Assembly (NCBI RefSeq): GCF_009914755.1
Contig: NC_060926.1
Reading direction: 5' to 3' (one strand)
Length of the DNA stretch: 64,000 bases
DNA from: the human T2T-CHM13v2.0 reference genome, Homo sapiens
Shown: positions 26,003 to 41,520 of the stretch, in pieces
Layout: each line of letters starts with the position of its first letter
Numbering within the stretch: position 1 is the first letter of the stretch
The notes under the pieces: model-generated
Database searches by the model: none
What the model saw: only the letters and a program-made list of their open reading frames with translations
Told to the model about the DNA's origin: nothing
Position numbers and translations under genes: made by a program

Positions 26003-26807
26003 GAGAGTTTAACAAAGTTCTCTAAATCCAAAGGGTTAGCAGAGCCCAATTGTGGGCAGAAACTTGGTCCCTAAATCATCATTTGAAAGGCCATAAGGAA
26101 AGGTCAACTGTCAACATCAGTACTGAACATAGAAGAGAAATATAAGCCATAGAGATTATTCTTAAAGGAGTGAATTTGCCTTGACTAAAATTTTTTAGTA
26201 AGTAGAAATGGGTTTTCCAAGCTTATTATCACTTCATTTACAAGCAGTAAAAGTTTTATCCCCTTTACTTATAGTTATTAAACTTTCTTCATATTTAATT
26301 GTATTAGTTAGTACATCACAAATATCTGGAGATGACAGAGGGCATTTCCCAGTCCTGTAATTAATTTTGATTAGAATTATTTTAATGTTTTAGCTGTAAG
26401 CATCATTCTAGCTTTTCTTCATACACACACACATACACACACACACACACACACAAAGGAAGAACACACCTACTCCTATTTTATTTTAAAAGGAAAGTGA
26501 ATTTTGCCAAATTTCTTTTCAACATTCACAAAGATTACTGATATCAAAGCAAATTATACTAATAATGTGTGAACATGGAATCATCCTTGCATTCCTAGTA
26601 TAAACCCCACTTGTTTTGGTATATCAATATGTAATATGCTAATCGATTAAATTGACAAATTTTTTTTAATTTTTGTGTTGACATTACTTTTTATGTGTCA
26701 TTAATCAATTATGTTCCTAAATTAAACTGTATTTTTGAAGCTTTTATATGAATAATATATGGCTTCATAAAATAAATTTGGAAGCTTTCATTTCTACTCT
26801 ATGGTCC

Positions 26808-26875
26808 TGTATTAGTCAAGGTCCTCCAGAGAAACAGAACCAACAGAACGTGTGTAAATTGTGTGTATGTGTGTG

Positions 26876-26934
<59 letters not shown>
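26808..26934 (-). mobile_element. MLT2 terminal fragment running into (TG)n(TA)n
   Basis: 'tgtattagtcaaggtcctccagagaaacagaacca' followed by a long TA run. Confidence 0.75.
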
Positions 26935-26935
<1 letters not shown>

Positions 26936-28088
26936 AGACTGCAGAAATTTTGCATAAATAAAGAAAAGCCACTTATTAATAGCCAAGACTATAGGGAAAA
27001 ATGCTACCAAGTCATTTCAAAGACCTTCATGGCAGCCTTTCCCATCATGGGCCTGGAGGGCATGGGGGAAAACTGCTTTTGTGGGCCAGGCCCAGGGCCC
27101 TGCTGCTCTGCACACCCTGCATCCCAGCTGCTCCAGCTCCAGCCATGGGTAAAAAGTCCTCAGATATGTCTCAGGCTACTGCTCCAGAGGCTGCAAGTCA
27201 TAAGAAGACTTGGTGGTTTCCACGTGGTTCTAAGTACGTGGGTGTGCAGAGAGCAAGTGTTGAGGCTTGGGAGCCTCCACCCAGATTTCAGAGGATGTAT
27301 GGAAATACCTGGGTGTCCAGGCAGAAGTCTGCTCCAGGGGTGAAGCCCTCATGGAGAACCTCTACTAGGGCAGTGCAAAGATAAAATGTGAAGTTGGAGC
27401 CCCCTCACAGAGTCTCCAATGGGGTACTGCCTAGTGGAGCTGTACAGCCAATTTCTCCCATTTGAAATGGAAGCATTTACCCAATGCCTACATCCCCATT
27501 TTATCTTGGAAGTAACTAGCTTGTTTTTGATTTTACAGTCTCATTGGTGGAAGGGACTTACCTTGTCTCAGACAAGACTTTGGACTTGGACTTTTGAGTT
27601 AATGCTGGAATGAGTTAAGAATTTGGGGGACTATTGGAAAGGCATGATTGTGTTTTGAAATATGAGAAGGACACAAAATTTGGGAGGGGCCAGGTGCAAA
27701 ATGATAGAGTTTGGCTCTGGGTCCCCATTCAAATCTCATCCCAAATTGTACTTCCCAGAGCTGGAGGAGGGTTCTGGTGGGAGGCAATTGGATTATGGAG
27801 GTGGAGTTCTCCCTTTCTGTTCTTGTGATTATGAGTGAGTTCTCATGAGATCTTTTGGTTTAAATGTGTGTAGCATTTCCCCCTTCACGTTCTCTCTCTC
27901 TCCTCCTACCATGTGAAGATGTGCTTGCTTCTCCTTTGCCCTTCTGCCATGATTATAAATTTCCTGAGGCCTCCCCACTCATGTTTCCTGTACAGACTGT
28001 GGAACTGTGAGTGAATGAAACCTCTTTTCTTTATAAATTACCCAGGCTTAGGTAGTTCTTTATAGCAGTGTGAGAATGGACTAATATA
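26935..28088 (+). mobile_element. MSTA/THE1D internal fragment plus 3' LTR (27702-28088)
   Basis: 'cttgggagcctccacccagatttcagaggatgtatggaaa'; LTR 'tgatagagtttggctctg'...'gagaatggactaata'. Confidence 0.9.
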
Positions 28089-29119
28089 AATATATACTTC
28101 TAATACATTTAGGCATAATTCTAAGTAAAACTGTTTTAAAATTTTTAAAAATATTTTCAATTGTTCTTTTCTACTTGAACTGGTGATGTCAAAATTTACT
28201 ACATTTCCAGGAATAATCACATGTAATTTAAATTATTCTCTAATTTGAAATATTTAGGTATTGTAGAAATGGTGGAAAAATTACTCTTTTGACAGGTAGA
28301 CATTTCTGACACTTCTCAAATCATTTAAGAAACTGACTTTCAATTGACTTAGATATAAGACTGGTTCCAAATAAATGAAAAAATGGTATAGTGGATTCAT
28401 TACTGAAGGCATTTGGAGCCCTGTGAATTTGAAAATGTCAAAACATATCTAAAAATAATCTTGGGCTATAGCAATGACTAGATGACCCTAATTGCTTATT
28501 CAAAGGAAAAAGTTACTAGAAAATGTGTTTTGAACATCAGAGTAGTTCTATCATACCTAAAACTTTGCCTTGGTCTCAAGTATAATTAATTTATAAGAGT
28601 CAATTATTTAGTAAATTAAATGATTACACTTCTCATATATCCTTTTCTATATATAGTTATATGAATATTTTCTTACTATTTCAAATTAAGTTCCAGAATT
28701 TTAGAAAAGTCTCTTGAGTGTATATTTTTTCCCATTACCTCCCTCAATTATGACAGATTTTATATTGACTTTCAAAATTGTGACAATTAGGGCTGAGAGA
28801 AGTGTAGAAACATAGATAGCATTTAAAATTTTAAGCTCCTGTGTCGTGAACTGAAACTCATTTAATATAAGTGTGCCAAACATTCCTCTGTGTGTTTGTT
28901 TTTGTGTGCAACAGTTTTACTGTCCTTCAATTGCTATGGGCTTTGAAAATGTATTTTTACAAATATCAAAAAACAAACATTTACTTATGTTGTTTTTCAT
29001 TTGAATTTAGAAGACTGTTGATATTTTAAATAAAATTATAAACTTGGTTTTAGAGACATCCAAAATTAAATTTTTAAACATACACAATACACAAAAAACA
29101 CCATGGGTGAATGTGATAA

Positions 29120-30018
29120 TGTGATTGCTAACATTATGTATCAATTTGACTGAACTAAGGGATGCCCAGATAGCCGGTGTATTTGTCCATTCCAACACTG
29201 CTATAAAGAACTAGTTGAGACTGGACAATTTATGAAGAAAAGTGGTTTAATTGACTCACGGTTCCACAGGCTATACAGGAAGTATGTGTGGAAGGCCTTA
29301 GGAAACTTACAGTCATGGCAGAGCGCAAAGGGAAAGCAAGCACATCTTACCATGATGAAGCAGGAGAGAGACAGAGAGAGAGAGAGAGAGACAAGGGAGA
29401 AGTGCTACATACTTTCGAACAATCAGATCTCATGAGAACTCCATCATGAGCACAACAAAGGAGAAGCCTGTACCCATGATTCAATCATTTCCACCAGGCC
29501 CTCCTTCAAACTTCAGGATTACAATACAACATCAGATTTGGGTGTGAACACAGAGCCAAACTGGTAAAACACCATTTCCAAGTGTATCCATGGGGGTGAT
29601 TTTAGAAGATATTAACATTTGAATCTGTACTTTGAGTAAAAAAGATACCCTTGATTAGTGTGAACAGGCATCAGTCAATCTGTTGAGGGCATAAAATAGA
29701 ATAAAATGATGGAAGAAGGTTGAATTCACTTACTCTATTTGAGTAAGGGCATCCATCTTCTGCCCACAGACTTGAACTAGGACATACACCATTGGCTTCC
29801 TTGATTCTCAAGCCTTTGAGCATGAACTGGAATTAAACCACTGATTTCTCTGGGCTTCCAGGTTATAGACAACAGATGAAGGGACTTTTTGGCCTGCATA
29901 ATCATGTGAGCCAATTCTTCATAATAAATATATTTTTATCTCTCAATAGATAGACAGATGATAGATAGATAGATATCCTGTTGGTTCTTTTTCTCTGGAG
30001 AACCATGACAAACTCAGT
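29120..30018 (+). mobile_element. MLT2 LTR with a nested antisense THE1D/MSTA LTR (29178-29561)
   Basis: 'ctaagggatgcccagatag' resumes at 'ctggtaaaac' and ends 'tctctggagaacc'; the insert begins 'tgtatttgtccatt..actgctataaagaac'. Confidence 0.85.
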
Positions 30019-30860
30019 GAGAATATTAAGAAATCCTTTGTCCAGTTAATATTTTGAAAATAATTCTGCCTATTATTGAAATATGACAATTTTAAATAAA
30101 TGCTTCTGTGCATTATAAATTTTATTCAAATAATGTTTACATCCTATCTTGTCTCTTTGAGGGCATAGATACAGATATAGAGGCACAGAGACAGGTAAGT
30201 AGACGGATATAGATGTATAAATATATTGGTGTATATTATTATTATATACACAAGTTTGACTTCTCTAAGATTTTATAAACATTAAGTACCTAGACATTTT
30301 ACATGGTTTCCAGAACACTAAGTTTATCCAAAATATAAATGCTTTTCCAGACAAGATGTATTATTTAAAGCCTTCTAATTTTTTGTAGCATAAGGATAAA
30401 ATAATAAAAATTTTAAATACATTCCTACCTTGTTTTCTCTTACACATCATAAGCATTATGTAGTGTTCTTTATCTAAATAAAAGAAGTATTAATTCCAAG
30501 CTAAATTAGAATTTCATAAATAAAAGTATAATTTCTTCTCATAATTCACATTTCTCACTTTCTCTTTTTTATGACATTTATTCTTACTTTAGAATGACTA
30601 AGATGATCTTTATTACATTGTTTTCTAAAAGCCTTTGGTAAACAGGCACCTGAGGTTACCTCATATTTTCCTTTGTGTAATGGATCAGCTTAAATCAGCC
30701 TGGAGGTTAATTCATCATTTTTAAGTTATTCTGTAAAACTCATTAACTCACATAGCTCAATACTGCCAGAATATCTTAAAATATTTATTTATAATTCCCA
30801 CTTGGGTTTCTAGATCCATTGTTTTCTAATATTTTATATTATTTTCTATTAATATCTCTA

Positions 30861-32562
<1,702 letters not shown>

Positions 32563-34763
32563 AATCCCCTTGAGAAAAACATAACATCCTTCTATATTAT
32601 TTCTGGATATTTTTTCTGAGTGGGTTGCTTCAGTCTAATTGTAGTTTATTACTCATTTTCTTTCCTTTATGTTATAGTGTTTTTCTCAACTTCTGAAAAT
32701 ATTCTTCACTTGAATTTATCCCTGAATAGTTACATGTAGATATCTTTGTTCCTTTGAAACTTTTTTCTGTTTTAATAAACATAATATTCGTTATTAAGAT
32801 GTGCTACATTTCTTTGACTCCTATTATCCATTCTTTATCTTGTTAACAATTAAGAGAAGAGGTATTGGTGTTTTTTGTATATGCAACTATAACTATTCTA
32901 ACATTTACAAAACATTGGGAACAAGACATATAGTTCCTTTTTCTCTTTTGTGTTAAAATATGTGGGCTTTGCTTTTTAAAGGATTTTTAAAGTATTAATT
33001 GATTCATAAGAAATATTTGTAACATTTCATTAGTTTGATACTTTTAAGTCCTTGTTTGGAGTTAACATAAGTATTTATGTGTGTATGTGTGTGTATATCT
33101 GAGAGAGATAAATAGAGAGAGAAAGAAAGAGAGATTCTAAGTGTCTCTAACTTTGTTTTTAGTTTTCTTTTGCTATATTCTAGCTTTGTGTGTTATAGTC
33201 ATAGAATAGTGTCTATACTGTGATTTATCAGAATTTTGGAGTGTCTAAAAATGAGATAATTTTTAAAGTGTTACACTTACATAACTTCAAAGAAAGGACA
33301 AAACAGAAGTTATAGAGAATGTTATGAAAACATGGGATACAACTACAGCACTGCAGTGGAAATTTGTTTTAAATATTTTCATTTCTAAAAACAAAAAATG
33401 AACGCAAATTAATTACATACTTAATTCAAGAAGATAGTTTTAAAAAAACAACCAAATGAACCTAAGAAAATTTGATGAAACTAATTACTAAAGAGAAATA
33501 CAAACATTAAAAATTAGAAAATAATAAAAAGTTTACAAATAATAAATAAAACCAAATGTTGACTGTTGGGAATAAAAGCAAACCATAAGATTAAAAAAAA
33601 ACCATTAGTTCACCTAATCAAAAAAACACAAAAAGCAAAAATATGCAAAATGAAAAGAAGCAACATTTTAATTTGATAGGAAAAGAACATTCTTAAATGT
33701 ACTTATTCTTCATTCAGGGTGAATATGAGATGATAGTCTACTGAAAAGAAACACAATATTCTATAATTATCCAGAACATCAAATAAGATATCTTCTTAAA
33801 CTCAGTTACATCAAATGCCTCACGTTCTGCAGTGTTTACTTGTATTCATGGCTTAAGGCAATATATAAAGTTGAGACTACAGAGAGAGTCTCAGGAAATG
33901 TAATAAAGTGTGGGTCAGATAATGCTAAAGTAAAAAAGTATTAATTTTCCTAAATGTGTAAGAGTCATGTGATTCAGCTGGGATATATCAAGGAAACAAT
34001 GAACTTAATTACGGGCAGCACTAACCTCCTCACACTTTATCTAGATAGGCTCAGTCCTGGAAGCTGTCGTATGTCTTGAATTTATAATTGCCTTGAATAG
34101 GAAAAAACAGCTTTATTTCATTTAAAAATTAAAAGGATAGAAAACACCACTCTATGACTAAGAACAGGGCTCAGCCTGATCTTAACTTGTGTTCCAGAAA
34201 CCTCCTGGTTTCAGAAGTGAAGAGCTGGAGTGTTGTCAGTGCTTCTGTGAATATATGACATTGCTGTAAATCATATGGCATTAAATACTCCAGAACCAAT
34301 TGCTCAAGCCATTTAGAAGTCCACGTAATCTAAACAAACTTAGACTGATATTAAGCTGCCCATTTTTCTTCACCCTCTGCCTATAATGAAGAGACCACAA
34401 ATTCCATTTTGCTGAGTCCCTCCCATGAGGCTGAGGCTGTGTCAGCAAACATCTGCACCTAAAAATAACAACAATAAATAGGTAAACCCTGAGAAATGCT
34501 GACAAAAAATTATAAAGCTCATAAAAAATTATCATTAAATGCTGATTTTATTAAAAAATTTAATGCTGATTTAAAAAATGATAATTTTTTAGCAGCAAAG
34601 AATGACTGCCCTCCAGTCAACACAAAACTATGCTCAACACATACACACCCACACACAGAGCTAATTAAGAGTAACAGCTTTCAGAACATTTTAGCCTGTG
34701 GCTCTATTAAGTATTGGCTACAGCAAGGCATGAGTGCAGAGTGCCTTTTACTTATTTCAGTCA

Positions 34764-35445
34764 TGTAATCATCGGATGGGTTCTTCCTGCCCAGTGCACA
34801 GACAAATCAATCCACTGAGACTACAGCATTACAGTAGAGAACTGGTTTAATTGATGTGAGGCTGGCCCACATGAGAGAATTGAAGTTACCACTCATATCA
34901 TAGCTAGGGAATGGGTGCTCTTTACTGACTGACGATGAAATCATAGGGGTGTGGAAAGTGGTACTCATATGCTGAGTACACCTCTGGGTGGGGCTACAGG
35001 ATCAGTTGAGTCATGAATCTGGGTGGGAACAGTCTGAAAGGTATCTCAAAAAACCATTTTTAGCTTCTACAATAGTGATGTTATCAATAGGAGTAACTGG
35101 TCAAGCCACAAATCTTGTGACCTCTGGCCACATAACTCCTGAGCAGTAAAGGATTATAGACACTATGCCTACATCTTAGCAGAGTCCAGGCCCCTCCCAT
35201 GATCCTATTCTTGCGACTTTTCATTAGTTTCACAAGGGTGGTTTTGGGTCTCTGAGCAAAGAGAAGAGTAGTTTTAGGAGGGGGTATTATTGTTGTTGTT
35301 TTCAAGTTAAACTGTAAACTAAATTCCTCCCAAAGTTAGCTTGGCCTATGCACAAGAATGACCAAGGACAGCTTGGGGGTCAGAAGCAAGATGGAGTCAA
35401 CTATGTCAGATATCTCTCAGTAGAAAGTTCACAAAAGCAGCTTCA
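34764..35445 (-). mobile_element. LTR8/LTR8A solo LTR (ERV1)
   Basis: 'gaagcaagatggagtc', 'ttcctcccaaagttag', terminal 'tgtaatc..gatgggttcttcctgccc'. Confidence 0.85.
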
Positions 35446-36057
35446 CTAGACTGTGAACTTAGGAGAAATATTCCACATGTTGCAAAAGAAATGTTTCAGG
35501 TCAAAGCTGAGATAAATATTCAAAAAATAAGTTAATGAAGTCGCCTAGATGAATTCATGGAGCAGAATCAATAGAGGCCCCAAAACAAACAAACAAAAAA
35601 AAACAGGTAATACAAAACCTGGATGAATACTGCTGAAGAACTTCTGCCAAGGTGCTTCTGGTAACATTTATATGTTCGAGGTGCTAATGTGTTTATGGTG
35701 TTTGAACATTTTCAGTAAGCTACAGCTAAAAAAGTTATTTCTACTCCTGATGGCATGTTGGATCTTTAAAAAAATATTAGTAATGGGTATCAAATCACCA
35801 CCTTCTGATTTAACTTATCTCCTTGTAGCCTGGGCATCACATTTTAAAATCTGATTTTTTAAAAGTGTCCCAGAGATTTCTAACATGCAGCAAATGTTGA
35901 AATTCACTGAGTGACAAAAACACACTTGAATAAATGTACATTCCTACCCATTCCATCCCCCAAAGATTGCAGCTTCTCATCTGTTGCTATACCAAACCAA
36001 GTATCAGGATGATAAAAATGGGATTCTTTTATGTTTTAATTATGCTCTAGAAAAGAG

Positions 36058-36215
36058 ATTGGCCTGCCTGCATTTGTAAATAAAAATTTTACGGAACACA
36101 ACTATGGTTTCTATTTTTCATCTATTGTACTACTATGTTGGAGTTGAGTAACTGCAACAAAGACTGTATGTCAGCAAAACTGATTGGCGCTTTACAGGAA
36201 GTTTGCTGACCCCTG
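36058..36215. mobile_element. MER58A
   Basis: 'ttgtaaataaa..ttttacggaacaca', ends 'gtttgctgacccctg'. Confidence 0.75.
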
Positions 36216-36317
36216 ACTGATGGGACTAACTGGGCCACTCTTGCTCCTTGCCTATTTTTTATTCATTATCTTCCCTCATCATTGCCAGTAAGCTACAGGA
36301 GGGGTAAGAAAAGTTAG

Positions 36318-37295
36318 ATGGGCAGAGAATCTCTACAAATTCATATGTTGAAGCCCTAATCCGCAGTGTGGTTGAATTTGGAGATATGGCCTCTAAGGAA
36401 GTAATTATTGTTAAATGAAGTCACAAGAGTGTGGCCTTAATCCAGTAGGATTAGGAGACACCAGAGAAAGCATTCTTTTTCTTTTTTTAAAATTCTTCTC
36501 TTCTCCTACCACCCCTACTTCCACCCTCAGCTGCACAACTGCTTGTTACAGGACTGCCAGTTTTCTATGCCCACTGCACAGCAACAGACCAATACACTGA
36601 CAGCAGGGTTGCAGTAGAGAAAGGGTTTAATAATCACAAGTCACCCAATGAGGAAATGGGAGGAATTCTCAAGCCTCAAATCTGTTCTGTCAAGGGGCTC
36701 TGGGCAAGGGTTTTCATGGGGATTTGTGGAGAGTGAGGGGCTGGAAAATTTGAGGTCATCGATTGCTTAGGATAAGGGACATGAAATCATCAAGAAACAG
36801 CAACTGCATTTCTTTATGAGTCAGGTTCTTACTAGGCCCTCCAGACCAGCTGGCATCTGTAGTTTTCTTAGTATGAAGAACTTAGGAAAGAAGCTCCAAT
36901 AGAAGACTTATCATCTCACAATGTCTTAGACTTTATAGAATAGAAAATGAAAAGAGTCTTGTGACAAGGGCCACATTATACTGGAGTAGTGACTCTACAA
37001 GTAAGTGAGCCAGAAGGCAAGTTGGCATAATGATTGCTGCTGTGATTAGCTGGATTTTTTTTTCTTAATTGATTTTATAAAATCCTGAGGTGAGGTGGTT
37101 TCACACTGAGGTAAGAACTGAGGAAAGATAAGTGAGAAGGAAGCCAACTGCAAGCCAAGAAATGACCCCTCTCCAGAAACCAAATTGGTTTGATGTTGGA
37201 CTTTCAGCCTCCAGAATTGTGAGAAAATAATATTTCTGTTGTTTAGACCACTCAGTCGATGTTACTTTGTTATGGAAACCTGAGTAGACTAAGAC
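36318..37295 (+). mobile_element. MLT1A-like LTR with a nested antisense ERV1 LTR (36544-37103, LTR26-like)
   Basis: 'aattcatatgttgaagccctaa'...'ggactttcagcctccagaattgtgagaaa'; the insert has TG/CA ends and flanks tgct/cact, consistent with a CpG-decayed cgct TSD. Confidence 0.8.
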
Positions 37296-37375
37296 CCAAG
37301 TGAAAAGTTAAGAGATAAGCTATAGCCTTCTCAAATTTAAACCCAGAGAAAAAGGAAACATTAGCTTCAGCACAG

Positions 37376-38012
37376 TTTATTTTATTTTATTTTATTATTA
37401 TTATACTTTAAGTTTTAGGGTACATGTGCACAATGTGCAGGTTAGTTACATATGTCCATGCTGGTGTGCTGCACCCATTAACTCATCATTTACCATTAGG
37501 TATATATCCTAATGCTATCCCTCCCCCCTCCCCTCACCCCACAACAGTCCCCAGAGTGTGATGTTCCCCTTCCTGTGTCCATGTGTTCTCATTGTTCAAT
37601 TCCCACCTATGAGTGAGAATATGCGGTGTTTGGTTTTTTTGTCCTTGCGATAGTTTACTGAGAATGATGATTTCCAATTTCATCCATGTCCCTACTAAGG
37701 ACATGAACTCATCATTTTTTATGGCTGCATAGTATTCCATGGTGTATATGTGCCACATTTTCTTAATCCAGTCTATCATTGTTGGACATTTGGCTTGGTT
37801 CCAAGTCTTTGCTATTGTGAATAGTGCCGCAATAAACATACGTGTGCATGTGTCTTTATAGCAGCATGATTTATAGTCCTTTGGGTATATACCCAGTAAT
37901 GGGATGGCTGGGTCAAATGGTATTTCTAGTTCTAGATCCCTGAGGAATCGCCACACTGACTTCCACAATGGTTGAACTAGTTTACAGTCCCACCAACAGT
38001 GTAAAAGTGTTC
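37376..38012 (-). mobile_element. 5'-truncated L1PA (PA3-like)
   Basis: 'attatactttaagttttagggtacatgtgcacaa'; ORF2 C-terminal peptide; short TSD-like cagttt. Confidence 0.95.
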
Positions 38013-38959
38013 AGTTTTTTTAAAAGGTCAATTTTGAGGGAGGCAGAATAAAGTGGTTTTCTAGTTGGAACTCACCATGGTTTACATTGTGGACATTTGC
38101 ACAAAGCATTCTCATCACTGTGACACATTTTAAAAGTAATTTTGAACACAAGATAGAGGTTTCCTTTGATGATTACCTGCTTTGTTTCTTCTCCCTTTTT
38201 TTCTTTTGTTTTAGTTTTTGATGTCATTGTAGTTGTTTCTATACATTGGGGAAAATGCCTTAATTTACTTCTTAATGTAAATTTGTGACTTGTATATAAA
38301 CATGTAAAATTTACTACTCATTCCCATTATCTTTGTTCAGTGTTGTAATAAAAACTTACTCCTCTTATGAAGGACTTCTCTTTTCTCTAATTCCCCGCCC
38401 TCATCCACATCACAAATTATCAGTAATATTTTACAGAAGTAGTAGAACAAAATATATAACACATACACACAAACACATATATATGTATATTCATAATTCT
38501 GAAAAGAAATTACCAAAGTTAATCTTCCCTAAAATTATTGTTCAAAGTTATATGCCTTGAAAAAATTAAAACAACGTGACAAGAAAAGTTTTTCTTTATT
38601 ATATTCTACTTCTAACTGGGAAGAAAAAAGTCTTGAATTTTTTTAACAAAAATACTTGCTTTTGGGAGATGCTTCTTTTCACCCTTTTTATTATCTTGAC
38701 TCTAATTAAAAGGAAATTTTACTTTAGCCCTTGGGAAAGTCTGGCTAGCTATGTTAAGAATTTCACATCTACTTATAAATGACTTTTGTCATTTCTTACT
38801 TTTTAAAATTCAAATATGTTACATATATTTTATCATGGAAATATTTTAAGTAGTTTGGAAATGAACTGCCACATGGAATTCAAAACCAAGAAGCTTCTGT
38901 TGCCTTTTCTTTTTTAAGTACTACAACAACATTTTCTCCAAGTACAATTTTTGTTTTCT

Positions 38960-39320
38960 GTTTATCTATAGACCAGTATGAGAAATTGTGTTACCAACAT
39001 CCTTGCTCTCTCCAGAACAAAAGGTAAGCATGCTTACTGGCCGCTATGAAAGATTCAGGTTTCATAAGCTCAGAGTGCTCATATCACACAACTAGTGTTT
39101 GCATAGGCATTACTTGGTACACTCCGCATGGAGATTGGGGCTCAGAAAATCAGTAGGAAAAAAAATGATATTCTGGCTACTGCTAATTCTGTAAAAATTA
39201 AAATTCTTTATCTCTGACCCAGAAATCATGTCTCTGCTTTCAGCAACCACGAAATTGTGGCAAATTTACTTATCAGATTTCAAGTAGGGTAAACTTTCAG
39301 ACCTTATACAATTTTTGACA
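38960..39320 (+). mobile_element. ERVL LTR fragment (LTR40-like)
   Basis: 'tctctgacccag', ends 'caagtagggtaaactttcagacc..tttttgaca'. Confidence 0.55.
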
Positions 39321-39349
39321 ATTTTTATCCTCCAATGAACTAGACTAGC

Positions 39350-40220
39350 TGTGACAGACGGACACTTAATGTGGCCTGCATTATTGCTGCCTCTTTTTGT
39401 TCACACCCTTGTGGAATACCCTTCACTCCATTGAGTATGGGCTCGACTTGGACTTGCTTCAAACTGATAGAATATGGCAAAAGTACATGATTACATATAC
39501 AATACATAACATAAGATTGCAATATTCATCTTTTGAGTCTCTTCTTGGCTTCCTTTAAGGTAGCAAGGAGCCATATTGAGGAGCCAAAAAATAGCAAGGA
39601 ATAGCAGTCAACCTCTGAGAGTGAAACATTGAATTTCTCCAACAACCTGAATGAGCCGTGAAGAACACCTTTACCCATCCAAATCTCAGATGAGACTGTG
39701 GCCCCAGCCAACCCTTTGATTGCAGTCCTGTGAGATCCTAATCAGAGAACTGCGATAAGCTGGGCCTGGACTCCTGAATCTCAAAAATGGTGATAAAACA
39801 AATGCATGTTGCTTTAAGCTGCTAAGCTTGTGGTAATACTGGTATGTAGCAATAGATAAATAATATACTATCTTACCCACAGCATGACCTCAGGGAGGCA
39901 TTCTAAGGGCATAAAGTGAAAGCTGCATGATCTCTTAATGTCTGGACTCAGAAGTCAAATAACATCCTCCAATTGGTCAAAGCAAGCCAGAATGCCAGCT
40001 TATATGCAAGGAGTGAGGAAATAAATTTCAGCTCTTAATGGAAGGAACAGAAAATTACAACTCAGAGGATAGTGGGAGGAACCATTTTAAACATCTTTAA
40101 AAACTACTACAGTCTTTTCTGTGATCTCAATAATTCACATCCCTACCACATGCAGAATAAACTCATTCTCCCCTCTCAAGACAAGTCTTGCCAGAAATGG
40201 CTTCAGGCTCAACGTCCATC
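39350..40220. mobile_element. MLT1E-like LTR (+, 39350-39867) followed by an antisense MLT1G/H-like fragment
   Basis: 'tcagatgagactgtggccccagcc', 'ttaagctgctaag..tgtggtaat'; then 'attggtcaaagcaag'. Confidence 0.7.
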
Positions 40221-40922
40221 CATGAGATCCATATTAGACTCCTCAAAAAAATTTAAAACTAGGGTTTTTTGTTTTGTTTTATTCCATTTTTGTGGCTTAA
40301 AAATAGTGTAAAAGGAAACGTTCCCTGTTAATATAATAGTAGTTAAATACAATCAAAATGACAAAACCTAGATGAGAGCACACCTCTAAATGTAGAAAAA
40401 CATTATCTCCTATTTCAGCTTTATTCTTTCCCCTTTCTCTCCAAAACTCTCAACTGAGTTTTACTTTGTCTTAAACCTTCCCCCTCAATGTATAACGGCT
40501 TTTCCTCTCAATGTATAACACTAGTTCACTCTCCTACTTGTCCTTTAGCCAATAAGAGTTTTTAATCCATCTTTCTTAAAAGTGGCAGCAGTGAAGTTAG
40601 CAGCAGGGATATGTAACAGGAGCATATTAGAGGAGAAAGGGATTATATGTTATCATTCTCGTTTGGGAGTATGAATTAACAAAGCATAGATTATTGAAGT
40701 TTTTGTTGATACTGTTATCCCTTGTTTCATTTTCTTTAAGTGACATAACTAACATTTTAGGCAGTGGAATTTGTATGTTTTAAATGATGGGCAGGCCTTC
40801 TTTACTAAGATATGCTTCCTTTCCACTTGTTAGCTCCCATTCTCACCCACTGATTTTCCTATTGAGGATACAGAAAAAAACTGAAGATTAAGGTTAAATA
40901 AGACTGCTAAGTTACTCTAAAG

Positions 40923-41520
40923 CAGGGGTTGCCAAACTTTTTCTGTAAAGACAGTAAATATTTTAGACTGTGGGCCAAATGTGGTCCACTGCAACTACGT
41001 AACTCTACCACTGCAACATGAAAGCAGCCATGAATAATATGGAAACAAATTGGTGGGTTGTTTTACAGAAATCGTATGCAGGCTGGATTTGATCTGCACA
41101 CTGTAGTTTATAGACCCCTGACTTAGAACAGCACTGTCCTCTCTACCAGTATAATGTGATCCTGCATATCTAACTTTATATTTCATAGTGGCCTCATTTA
41201 AAAACTAAACAGAAATAGGTAAAATTAATTTTGAGACTGTTTTCTTTAACCCACTATATCTAAAATATTAACTTTTCAACTTGTAGTCAATAAAATTATT
41301 TTATAGTAATTTGTCTATGAGTACTATCTTTTACATGCTTTAAAAATATTTTAAACACTGTCTTTTTAAAAATCTCTACATTTGTTTTTCTTTCTTTTGT
41401 ACTAACTTCAAAATGTAGTGTGAATTTTATACTTATAGTACATCTCAATTTGGACCAGCCAAACATCACATGTTTAATTACATGTGTCTGTTGGCTATCT
41501 TATTGGGCAGAACAACCTTA
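40923..41520. mobile_element. MER58A (40923-41120) adjacent to MER33 (~41128-41520)
   Basis: TIRs caggggt / acccctg; MER33 motif 'tatacttatagtacatctcaatttggaccagcc'. Confidence 0.75.

Larger units (their letters stand above)
25138..26190 (+). mobile_element. MLT1J-like LTR, interrupted by a templated duplicate and LTR22
   Basis: 'ttggagttagg..atgtgattaagttctg', 'ttggtccctaaatcatc', 'aagccatagagatt'. Confidence 0.6.
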
